A stretch of DNA of 15,612 nucleotides from a virus (taxonomy: Duplodnaviria > Heunggongvirae > Uroviricota > Caudoviricetes): the IMG/VR virus record IMGVR_UViG_2778261247_000017, one strand, 5' to 3'. The notes beneath the pieces were generated by a model that was not told the origin of the DNA, did not search any database, and saw only the letters and a program-made list of their open reading frames with translations. The position numbers were made by a program, and so were the translations under genes. Positions 7,430 through 14,397 of the stretch are shown one piece after another; positions within the stretch are counted from its first letter, which is position 1, and the number at the start of each line of letters is the position of its first letter.

Positions 7430-7660
7430 ACCTGTTCACCTTTTTCCTTTTCTCCTTTTAATTCATTGTGTTAATGGGTGAACAGTTTCACAAAAACTAT
7501 TCACCAACTGTTCACCACTGTTCACCCTTAAAGCTCAACAAATAATCAAAAAGGTGAACAGTGAATAGTTTGATGAACAGTTCATGAATAACTGTTCACC
7601 CTATAACCAACTGATATAGAACACATTTATTACAGGGTGAACAGTGATGAACAGTTATTC
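7430..7660. repeat. replication origin-like iteron cluster of TGTTCACC octamers (P4 ori/crr type)
   Basis: Perfect TGTTCACC at 7433, 7509, 7519 and 7593; perfect reverse copies GGTGAACA at 7477, 7553 and 7636; degenerate copies at 7498, 7561, 7574 and 7647. AT-rich flanks. Lies immediately 3' of the primase/helicase gene. Confidence 0.6.
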
Positions 7661-7667
7661 CATAAGT

Positions 7668-9482
7668 TTAATTTTTGCCATCGTCATTTGTGACCGATGC
7701 ACATGAGGGCATCCAGTCTTCTGAATCCTCTGTCAGTATCACGTTTGAACGCAAGCCATGCTTCGTTTTCCGTTTCATATACTCCCTGCCGTATTCCGCC
7801 ATTGCCCCTGGCATATCCTTACCGAAGCGTGTCAGTGTTACGGGCTTACCGAATCCGTGTGCCCTCATATACGCCAGATAGGCGTGATAGAGATACCTGC
7901 GCGGGCTGAACGGAATAATTTCAGCATTACCCACTAACAGGCCATCGCACATTACCGACGACATGAGATAGCCGCAGAAGTCCACCAGCGAATCGCCCTC
8001 GCGTTTTATCACTAGGGCTTCTTCTGATTTCTGCTGCTCATATAGCAGGCGTTTAGCTTCGTCCTGGTCAGAAAAGCGTGTAAGCAGGTGGCGAATCACT
8101 ACCGCCAGCTCTCCTTCTATTTTTTCAGCCAGCATAGGGTCACGTTCGTTCTCCGGTACAACTTCCGAAAAATTGAATATTACCCGACGACGTGATATCC
8201 CACCGCTGCGGTCACTGAATGACATGGCGTTATTGTTCACCGCCAGCACGACCGCCTGAATGCGTGTTGAGTAGGGGGCTTTATGTTTCGGGTCGATTGC
8301 CACCTTATCACCGCCTGTAATGGCCTTAATTCCTGCACCATCACCAGCGTAACGGGTCATATCCGGCATAATAATCAGCGAAAAGCCAACCACTAACGCG
8401 CGTTCCCTGGCATCTTCCAGCGCCTTCATGCTTGCCGATACCGTGTTGGCCTTACCCGCCAGCATAGTGCAAATCTCCGCCATTACGCTTTTACCGCTTC
8501 CACCCGGCCCCGTTACCTCAAGAAATAACTGCCAGTCGTACCGATTCGCCAGCACCATGAATAACGCCGCCAGTACGCGATCCGCTTTGCGTTCATTCTC
8601 TGCCACCGAACGGCGCAACCATTTCCAGAAATTCGGCGCATGCGTTGCCAGCGTTTCCCCCTCTGCTGGCGGGTTGAACGGTAATTCACTGGCAATTAAC
8701 AACCAGTCGTTTTTGTCGTGCTCCCGAAAATCGCCTGTCCGGGTATCAAAAACACCGTTACTGAATCCAATCAGGTTACGGGCGGTATTCCCCATTACGG
8801 GCAAACTTAACTTCATGGTATCGACCGCCGATTTGATGGCGTTCTGCGAATAGCTGATTTCCGCATCAATAAAAATCTGCGCCATAGCCCGCTGTAACTC
8901 TTTATCCTGTACCGGCTCCCATACAACACCGTTGTAGTGGTGAACGGTGTCAGAATCCGCATTGATTGCCAGTTCACCGCCATAATGTGCCAGGAGAACT
9001 TCGCCGCGCTGGCTTGCTCCCATCTGGTTAAGTGCCAGTGGTGTCGCGCTGTCTTCTGTTTTTTTCTTTGCCGGAAACCGGATAATCAGTCCGTCATCAA
9101 TGTTTTTACGCTCACGGGCAAGGTATTCACGCCAGTTTTCACACTTCTGGCTGTGCATGCCATCAGGGTAATAATTCGCATTCTGTATACTTGCCGCCGC
9201 CAGCTTCTGACCAATTGCCTTAACCATTACAGGATCTAACTGTCCGGCTCTGAATATGCGCGCGGATGTGCGCCCATCAGGCACTATTTGCAGATTTCCG
9301 ATCTCTTTCAGTTGTTCATCAGCCAGCACAACAGGTGGCTCATTATCTCCAGCCATACGCGCATCGTGCTCCTGCCATTGTTTCGCGTGTGCCCAGGCAT
9401 CACTACCCGCGAAAATAATTACCTCTGTGTCTTTGTGTTTTATTCCGCGTGGCTGTTTTTTTACGTTCGGTGCCAGTTTCAT
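7668..9482 (-). CDS. replication initiator: P4-alpha-like primase / SF3 helicase with C-terminal DNA-binding region
   Basis: 604 aa; ATG at 9480-9482 preceded by GGGGGG. Walker A GPGGSGKS in mid-protein. Overall layout matches phage/plasmid P4-family primase C-terminal proteins. Followed by cognate-looking iterons. Confidence 0.85.
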   Translation of the reverse strand: MKLAPNVKKQPRGIKHKDTEVIIFAGSDAWAHAKQWQEHDARMAGDNEPPVVLADEQLKEIGNLQIVPDGRTSARIFRAGQLDPVMVKAIGQKLAAASIQNANYYPDGMHSQKCENWREYLARERKNIDDGLIIRFPAKKKTEDSATPLALNQMGASQRGEVLLAHYGGELAINADSDTVHHYNGVVWEPVQDKELQRAMAQIFIDAEISYSQNAIKSAVDTMKLSLPVMGNTARNLIGFSNGVFDTRTGDFREHDKNDWLLIASELPFNPPAEGETLATHAPNFWKWLRRSVAENERKADRVLAALFMVLANRYDWQLFLEVTGPGGSGKSVMAEICTMLAGKANTVSASMKALEDARERALVVGFSLIIMPDMTRYAGDGAGIKAITGGDKVAIDPKHKAPYSTRIQAVVLAVNNNAMSFSDRSGGISRRRVIFNFSEVVPENERDPMLAEKIEGELAVVIRHLLTRFSDQDEAKRLLYEQQKSEEALVIKREGDSLVDFCGYLMSSVMCDGLLVGNAEIIPFSPRRYLYHAYLAYMRAHGFGKPVTLTRFGKDMPGAMAEYGREYMKRKTKHGLRSNVILTEDSEDWMPSCASVTNDDGKN

Positions 9483-9721
9483 TTTTTCCCCCCTGCAACC
9501 AGCATTTCACGGATTTTGCGGATATAGCTTGCTGCACGTTTTTGATTTACGGCTTTATAATGGTCCACCAGCGTAAAATCACGGCGGTAGGTGATATTGC
9601 CTGGCGTAACGTGACGAATAACCACTCGTCCCCCACGTCTGGTGTCGCGGTAAATATCTCCGAGTCTGATTTCAGGCCGAGAGAGACCGCTGGCAGTAAA
9701 GCCAGAATTTTTCTTTTTCAT
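9479..9721 (-). CDS. small basic hypothetical protein (80 aa)
   Basis: ATG at 9719-9721; its stop overlaps the primase start (ATGA), so it is translationally coupled. Confidence 0.5.
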   Translation of the reverse strand: MKKKNSGFTASGLSRPEIRLGDIYRDTRRGGRVVIRHVTPGNITYRRDFTLVDHYKAVNQKRAASYIRKIREMLVAGGKK

Positions 9722-9725
9722 GGTT

Positions 9726-9926
9726 TTATTTTCCTGTCAGCAGTTCCGGTTTTATTTCCGCACGAATATAAAGTTCAGAAAAAAATTCAGGAGAACCAAC
9801 AATCTCATTACTTTTCAGTCGGCATTGTGATTTCACTTTCCCTTTATCCAGGTAAACCAGTACGCGTCCGGTGAAATCATCTGGCACATTAAGCACTACG
9901 GGTACATGCGCTTCATGATTATGCAT
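9726..9926 (-). CDS. small hypothetical protein (66 aa) carrying one copy of an FTG(R/Q)xLV...G.V motif
   Basis: ATG at 9924-9926 preceded by GGAGGA with an 8-nt spacer; 8-nt overlap ATGCATAA with the upstream gene. Paralogous to the N-terminus of the 121-aa protein at 10145-10510. Confidence 0.5.
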   Translation of the reverse strand: MHNHEAHVPVVLNVPDDFTGRVLVYLDKGKVKSQCRLKSNEIVGSPEFFSELYIRAEIKPELLTGK

Positions 9927-10152
9927 GGCTTACATCCTCCGTGAATTTTCTTCTGTAACGCGTCTCTGCCACATATTCCGCATAGTCCGACGCAATACTA
10001 AGAATCATTTCACCCTCTGACTTGTAGCCACTGGTATTGATAAGAAAATATGCAGCTTTCATCATGTCAGCAACGCTCAACAATGCGCCCGCTGCATCTT
10101 CCGGTGCGCCATCAAATTCCCGTTTCAGGGAATTAAAACGATCATCACGCAT
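9919..10152 (-). CDS. small acidic hypothetical protein (77 aa)
   Basis: ATG at 10150-10152 preceded by GGGGGG; 8-nt overlap ATGCGTGA with the upstream gene. Confidence 0.5.
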   Translation of the reverse strand: MRDDRFNSLKREFDGAPEDAAGALLSVADMMKAAYFLINTSGYKSEGEMILSIASDYAEYVAETRYRRKFTEDVSHA

Positions 10153-10510
10153 GTTTCCCCCCCTGAATGACCTGATAACCGCAACTGGTCAGCAACTCGA
10201 TAAATTCCGGCAGTGTACCGAAACAGCAATCATCACGCAGCCGTTCGCAGGATACCTCGACGCCGTTTTCGTAGTGACTCACCATACGTCCGGTAAAATG
10301 CAGATCATCATCGTGATGGCTCGTTGACGGCTTAATCAGTCGCACACGTTCCGCCAGTTCCAGCAATGCTTCAACGCTTCCGGCAATTGCACCATCCGGC
10401 AGGTGATAATTACGCACTATGCGCCCGTTCTCCACATTGACCAGCAACTGCCCGGTAAATTTCTCGTCAAACTGAATGCTGTTAAGGTCAGAAATTGACA
10501 GGTTATGCAT
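10145..10510 (-). CDS. hypothetical protein (121 aa) with two internal copies of the FTG(R/Q)xLV...G.V motif
   Basis: Preferred ATG at 10508-10510 (MHNLSISD), preceded by AGGAGGTG; the ORF-track start at 10528 lacks an SD. 8-nt overlap ATGCATAA with the upstream gene. Confidence 0.55.
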   Translation of the reverse strand: MHNLSISDLNSIQFDEKFTGQLLVNVENGRIVRNYHLPDGAIAGSVEALLELAERVRLIKPSTSHHDDDLHFTGRMVSHYENGVEVSCERLRDDCCFGTLPEFIELLTSCGYQVIQGGKHA

Positions 10511-10727
10511 GGTGCACCTCCTGCACATCAGCCATGATAATTTTTCCGGCCTTATCCAGTGCCTGATCGGCTTTTAGCTGCACAAATGCTAAATAATGGA
10601 AGATGCATTCTGATTCTCTGGCTGCGTGTTTATGCGCCACACCAGCGATAGCAGAAATCTCAATAAGTGAATCCATCAGCGTTTTGATAGCGTCTACCGC
10701 TGCATCAGGCCATGTTGCATTACACAT
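10503..10727 (-). CDS. small hypothetical protein (74 aa)
   Basis: ATG at 10725-10727 preceded by AGGAGGTG; 8-nt overlap ATGTGTAA with the upstream gene. Confidence 0.5.
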   Translation of the reverse strand: MCNATWPDAAVDAIKTLMDSLIEISAIAGVAHKHAARESECIFHYLAFVQLKADQALDKAGKIIMADVQEVHHA

Positions 10728-11085
10728 GCTCCACCTCCTGGCGAATACGGGCGGCGAATACCATCACGCAGCCATCAGGAGATTGCTGGCGTGCTTCCTG
10801 TTCGCTGGTGGCCTCGATGTGAATTACACGCGGTTGTGCTGTGCTCAGGGCGATAAAACGCCATATAAAATTGTTTTCGCATTTCTGAATAAACAGCGTG
10901 TTTTCTTCGCGCCCTTTCCATGTTGCCGAGATATAGCCCATGTCATTGAGCATCTCGCAGGCATCAACCAGCGTATCGGCGGCTATGTGTACAGTGTTTT
11001 TACCGTCAGCGATGCAATCACGGTGCACCGCCAGGAAGGTGTATATAAATTTAGGGTGAGTTTGGGTATGCTGTGTTCCAGCCAT
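10720..11085 (-). CDS. hypothetical protein (121 aa), first gene of the leftward replication operon
   Basis: ATG at 11083-11085 (MAGTQHTQTH) preceded by GAGGTAACG. Protein-like translation. This is the C-terminal, believable part of the 512-codon stop-free frame. Confidence 0.6.
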   Translation of the reverse strand: MAGTQHTQTHPKFIYTFLAVHRDCIADGKNTVHIAADTLVDACEMLNDMGYISATWKGREENTLFIQKCENNFIWRFIALSTAQPRVIHIEATSEQEARQQSPDGCVMVFAARIRQEVEHV

Positions 11086-11174
11086 AATCGTTACCTCGTT
11101 TAACGGTTTGGTTAGACGCCCCGCTACTGCCGCAAACAGTTCGGGGCGTTGTCGTTTACATCCTCTTACCGAGG

Positions 11175-11250
11175 TGTGATTTAAATTAAATTTAACTGAA
11201 TCACAGGTCAAGTATTTTTTGTGATTCTTTTTTGTGTATACTGAATCACA
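11175..11250. promoter_or_regulatory. divergent control region with two TGTGATT-N17-AATCACA inverted-repeat operators and a TATACT -10 candidate
   Basis: IR1 is TGTGATT (11175-11181) paired with AATCACA (11199-11205). IR2 is TGTGATT (11220-11226) paired with AATCACA (11244-11250), identical 17-bp spacing. TATACT at 11237-11242 overlaps IR2, 31 bp before the ATG at 11273. Confidence 0.5.
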
Positions 11251-11272
11251 TCTTTTGTTTAGGAGAATGCAC

Positions 11273-11578
11273 ATGGCAAAAAACACTATCAACGACAAAT
11301 CAAAACAGATTTCAATTCGTATCCCACATGATGCTTTTGAAGGCATGGAATCCGTAAAACTGGACGGCGAAAGCAACGCCGGATTCATCGTAACCGCTAT
11401 GCGCGGTGAGATCGCCCGCCGCCAGGCAGAAGGAAGAGGAGAAAATCCCTTGGTTTCTTCGCTCGATGCACTGGCGCAGGTGGAAAAAATCGGAGTCAAA
11501 GCTGCCGAGGAGATCGGGCAACTCATCACCGTCGCGCGTGAAGAACTCCAGCGCCGCAAGGCCAAAGAACAGGAGTAA
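11273..11578 (+). CDS. small regulator-like protein (101 aa), possibly the element's repressor
   Basis: ATG at 11273 preceded by AGGAGA with a 6-nt spacer. Helical, charged translation with an N-terminal KQISIRIPHDAFEGM segment that could be a ribbon-helix-helix strand. Divergent from the replication operon and flanked by the operators. Confidence 0.6.
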   Translation: MAKNTINDKSKQISIRIPHDAFEGMESVKLDGESNAGFIVTAMRGEIARRQAEGRGENPLVSSLDALAQVEKIGVKAAEEIGQLITVAREELQRRKAKEQE

Positions 11579-11635
11579 CCATCACCAGCGCCGTGGTGTG
11601 AGGAACTACGGTGCATCGTTTTACAGGGCAGCGCC

Positions 11636-11836
11636 ATGACCAACAAAGAATCAACCAATACACCATCACCGGCACGGAAAAGACAGCGCAGAAAGATAGC
11701 GTACGAGTATGAGTCAGACAGATTCGCGCCCTGTGCGTTTATCCTTGAGAAATTCCTTAAAGAGTACAGGCGCACAAAAATGGGGTCGCATACCTGGAAA
11801 ACATCGCGGCATGGCAATGTTAAAGAGCAGGAATAG
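11636..11836 (+). CDS. possible small basic protein (66 aa)
   Basis: In the same frame as 11273-11578, separated by a single TAA and 19 sense codons. Weak SD. Translation is plausible but the call is uncertain. Confidence 0.3.
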   Translation: MTNKESTNTPSPARKRQRRKIAYEYESDRFAPCAFILEKFLKEYRRTKMGSHTWKTSRHGNVKEQE

Positions 11837-11865
11837 CCCACCAGCAAGCCAGCACACTGATCACA

Positions 11866-12258
11866 TTGCCCACCAGCCGCAAATCTGGCATTGTTGGTGA
11901 TGCGTTCAAGTGTGTAGCTTTCCCACTGGTGGCCCTCTGCGGTCGCCTTTGTTTTATCCAGAACGAAATCAGACATCAGATTGGTCAGCACCTGGCGACC
12001 TGACAAAATCGCATCAGTCGCGCCACCAGCAAAATTTTTTGCTCTCCGGACAGCGTGACCAACGGCATTTTGCAGCAAAATATTCTGCATTTCTGGTGTG
12101 CTGTAGTAACGGTGATCAGCGCCTTCACTCTGTGCGACCACAACGCTATAATCTGCCTCGTAGACAGTAAGCAATATGGCGCAGTAGGCTATTCGTTCAC
12201 AAAGGCGCTCCGGCAACGGGGCGCTTTCTCTTTTTGTAACGGTCAGAACGTTACACAT
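11866..12258 (-). CDS. hypothetical protein; N-terminal about 130 codons are convincing, C-terminus unresolved
   Basis: ATG at 12256-12258 preceded by GGAGGA with an 8-nt spacer; 8-nt overlap ATGTGTAA with the antirepressor stop. The frame has no stop before 10720, so the 11866 end is my estimate of where the protein-like sequence ends. A Cys cluster C-x2-C-x8-C-x5-C follows. Confidence 0.4.
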
Positions 12259-13051
12259 GGCTGTTTTCCTCCATGCGACGGGCTAACCAACGCTGCGAAA
12301 GACGAATTAATTCAGCTTTCCGCTGGTGGTAGTCCTGGCCTAACTCAATCAGCGTGATATTGCTCTGCTCAAGGTAAGAAAGGTGCTCAAGCTGCAACGT
12401 GCTCATGTGGTCGCGTGGTTCGCCTGTGATGCCGTTCGCCTGCGCCCACTGTTTTGCAGTCATGCCACCCAGCACGATACGCGCCAGCATATTGGCTTCC
12501 GTGGTGTAGTGGTGCTGTAGAGTGTTTTTACCCAGTTCAGCCCGGTACGCCTCCAGCGCGGCACACATTGGCTTAAAGTAGCTGGCAACTGTGATACGGG
12601 CTTTCAGTTCCCGGCGTAACGCTGCGGAACGAACAGGCGCAACCTTGTGTAGCTCCTCCTCGCATTTGATAAAGTACTGGCGAACGGCGCGGCCCTGTTC
12701 GGTACGTTCGACCATCGCCAGTTCTTTCGCCATGTTCACGGTGGTGATGTACTCAAGAGCTGTTTGCTGGCGAGATTTTGCGCTCACCGGATCGGGTCGG
12801 CTCAAATATTCAACAACCTCATAATCCACGCCTTCCGTGAAGCCGTATTCTTCAATGCGCCCCTTGATCCACGAACGGAAAACGCGCCCTACACCTAACG
12901 CCTTATGCAACGCTCTGGCGCTAACAATATTGGTTTCACGCCCGCCAATAACGCCGGAAATAACCGGGATAATTTCGCCGAAATTTTGCAGATTCTGGTT
13001 TTCAGGCCGAACGAAGCCCTGCCCCTGTACGGGCGTTTTTCGCAGTTTCAT
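12251..13051 (-). CDS. phage antirepressor (AntA N-terminal / KilA-C-type)
   Basis: ATG at 13049-13051 preceded by AGGAG; 266 aa. N-terminal ARALHKALGVGRVFRSWIKGRIEEYGFTEGVDYEV is typical of the AntA/AntB antirepressor N-domain. Confidence 0.75.
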   Translation of the reverse strand: MKLRKTPVQGQGFVRPENQNLQNFGEIIPVISGVIGGRETNIVSARALHKALGVGRVFRSWIKGRIEEYGFTEGVDYEVVEYLSRPDPVSAKSRQQTALEYITTVNMAKELAMVERTEQGRAVRQYFIKCEEELHKVAPVRSAALRRELKARITVASYFKPMCAALEAYRAELGKNTLQHHYTTEANMLARIVLGGMTAKQWAQANGITGEPRDHMSTLQLEHLSYLEQSNITLIELGQDYHQRKAELIRLSQRWLARRMEENSHV

Positions 13052-13128
13052 AAAAACTCCTGCTATCGAATTAAGTTACTTTTATTTGCTGGTGGATAGC
13101 TGGGGTTTCTGGCCCCGTAGCCATTTAA

Positions 13129-13326
13129 TCAGGTAGCTGTTCCACGTGATTCCGCAATACGCTGATTAATCCACTCGTCAATTTCACTCTCAACGAAAGC
13201 AATAGCTCGCGAGCCAATTTTAACTGATGCAGGAAATTTGCCTTGCCCCATAAGGCGATAAATCCATGCCTTGCTATATCCAGTTCTACGCTGAACTTCC
13301 GTTAAACGAATAAGAGAGTTTGCCAT
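13129..13326 (-). CDS. alpA: AlpA-family phage transcriptional regulator / excisionase-like (Vis-like)
   Basis: 65 aa; ATG at 13324-13326 preceded by AAGGTGA. Motif LIRLTEVQRRTGYSKAWIYRLMGQGKFP is the AlpA/Vis HTH signature. Confidence 0.9.
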   Translation of the reverse strand: MANSLIRLTEVQRRTGYSKAWIYRLMGQGKFPASVKIGSRAIAFVESEIDEWINQRIAESRGTAT

Positions 13327-13529
13327 ATATTCACCTTGTAACGTCTATAAAGGTGTACATAGCTTGCATTAAGAAAAGTGATATTTATAGATGCTTACCA
13401 TTATGAATGGCGAATACCATTTCAGTGAAATAGCTCCACCTTTTTTTAATAATGGCGTTTACTATTTTAAGTATCATGCTGACGTGAAACACGAAGAAAA
13501 ATTACTGTTCTTACGATTTAATCTGCATT

Positions 13530-13568
13530 GGTGGTTACTTTTTTTTGAAAGGAAACCACCATTTTTCT
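13530..13568 (+). terminator. terminator-like hairpin with plus-strand polarity, in the AT-rich spacer between the 237-aa gene and alpA
   Basis: GGTGGTT-a-CTTT, loop TTTTTG, AAAG-g-AACCACC (13530-13560), followed by ATTTTTCT on the plus strand only. No annotated plus-strand gene reaches it. Confidence 0.3.
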
Positions 13569-13585
13569 GGAATAGCGACCACTAT

Positions 13586-14299
13586 TTAACTTTTTGTTTT
13601 TTTTGGTCTTCTACCAATACGCTTCAGATGTTCAGGCCTTAAAATCAGATTCACAGCCCTAGCAACATTAGAACCCGCCCCCCTTTTTTTCAAATATTCA
13701 AGTACCTCATGCTCTGTCGGAGCCGTCTGTGGGTCATCTGGGTCATACGTCGACCATAGTTCCCTTATAGCATCCTGCACATACTCCAACCCATCACTCT
13801 TATGCCCATAAGTACACAAATACTCGTCAGGATTAATTACCTGATGAGATGATTCAATGATTGCTGGCGGATTAACTTCCTTAACAGGTATAGGGCGAGG
13901 GCATCTCGCAAAATCAACGCTCTCATTTTTTATCCACTCATATAAAGAATGGCGACTAATTAAAGTTTTATCCTTGCTTATCTCATATGCACGATCGGTC
14001 AGTTGTGCTGATGTCAGACGTTTGTACTCAATATCACAAACATTTCCCCAATTATCGTACTCAACTATTTCAGAGGTACATTCAACAGGAGTTAAGACAC
14101 CACGACGGATGGCTGTTACCATTCCATTAGCCAACCCCCATGCCATTTTCCAACGTTCATGTTTATTATCTCTGACATGTTCAAGAGTAGGGTAATCATA
14201 AGGATCAATTCCGGCCAACAATAAAGCGGCCTGGGTGATAGAAAACTCCTGTACTGTTCGCCAGTGGGATAAGTCAGGAATGTTTTCCACAATTGGCAT
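13586..14299 (-). CDS. hypothetical protein (237 aa), unknown family, between integrase and alpA
   Basis: The ORF-track start is TTG at 14314; ATG at 14297-14299 follows GGGGGAG. Protein-like acidic translation. Confidence 0.7.
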   Translation of the reverse strand: MPIVENIPDLSHWRTVQEFSITQAALLLAGIDPYDYPTLEHVRDNKHERWKMAWGLANGMVTAIRRGVLTPVECTSEIVEYDNWGNVCDIEYKRLTSAQLTDRAYEISKDKTLISRHSLYEWIKNESVDFARCPRPIPVKEVNPPAIIESSHQVINPDEYLCTYGHKSDGLEYVQDAIRELWSTYDPDDPQTAPTEHEVLEYLKKRGAGSNVARAVNLILRPEHLKRIGRRPKKTKS

Positions 14300-14397
14300 A
14301 TTCTCCCCCTTCAAGCGGTCTAATGTTAAGGCCGAGCCAGCTCTGTTTGCATCAGCCTTTTTAGGTGCTCAAAGTCTACTACTGTATACTCAACCAG

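Noticed and set aside
6900-7481. 193-aa plus-strand ORF and the nested 7093-7350 ORF
   Set aside because: Antisense to the coupled small genes, with Cys/Pro-rich translation that runs into the iteron region.
7675-9576. Several plus-strand ORFs inside the primase gene (7675-7881, 7697-7909, 8428-8853, 8937-9239, 9256-9576)
   Set aside because: All are antisense shadows of the 604-aa primase/helicase with low-complexity translations.
10720-12258. 512-aa ORF as a single protein
   Set aside because: It reads antisense through a well-supported plus-strand gene and through the control region, and its middle is Cys/Ser-rich. Only the two ends are believable, and I treat them as separate genes.
13391-13642. 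83-aa plus-strand ORF in the alpA-upstream spacer
   Set aside because: Phe/Trp-rich translation of AT-rich DNA with no SD. I keep open only the possibility of a non-coding plus-strand transcript here.
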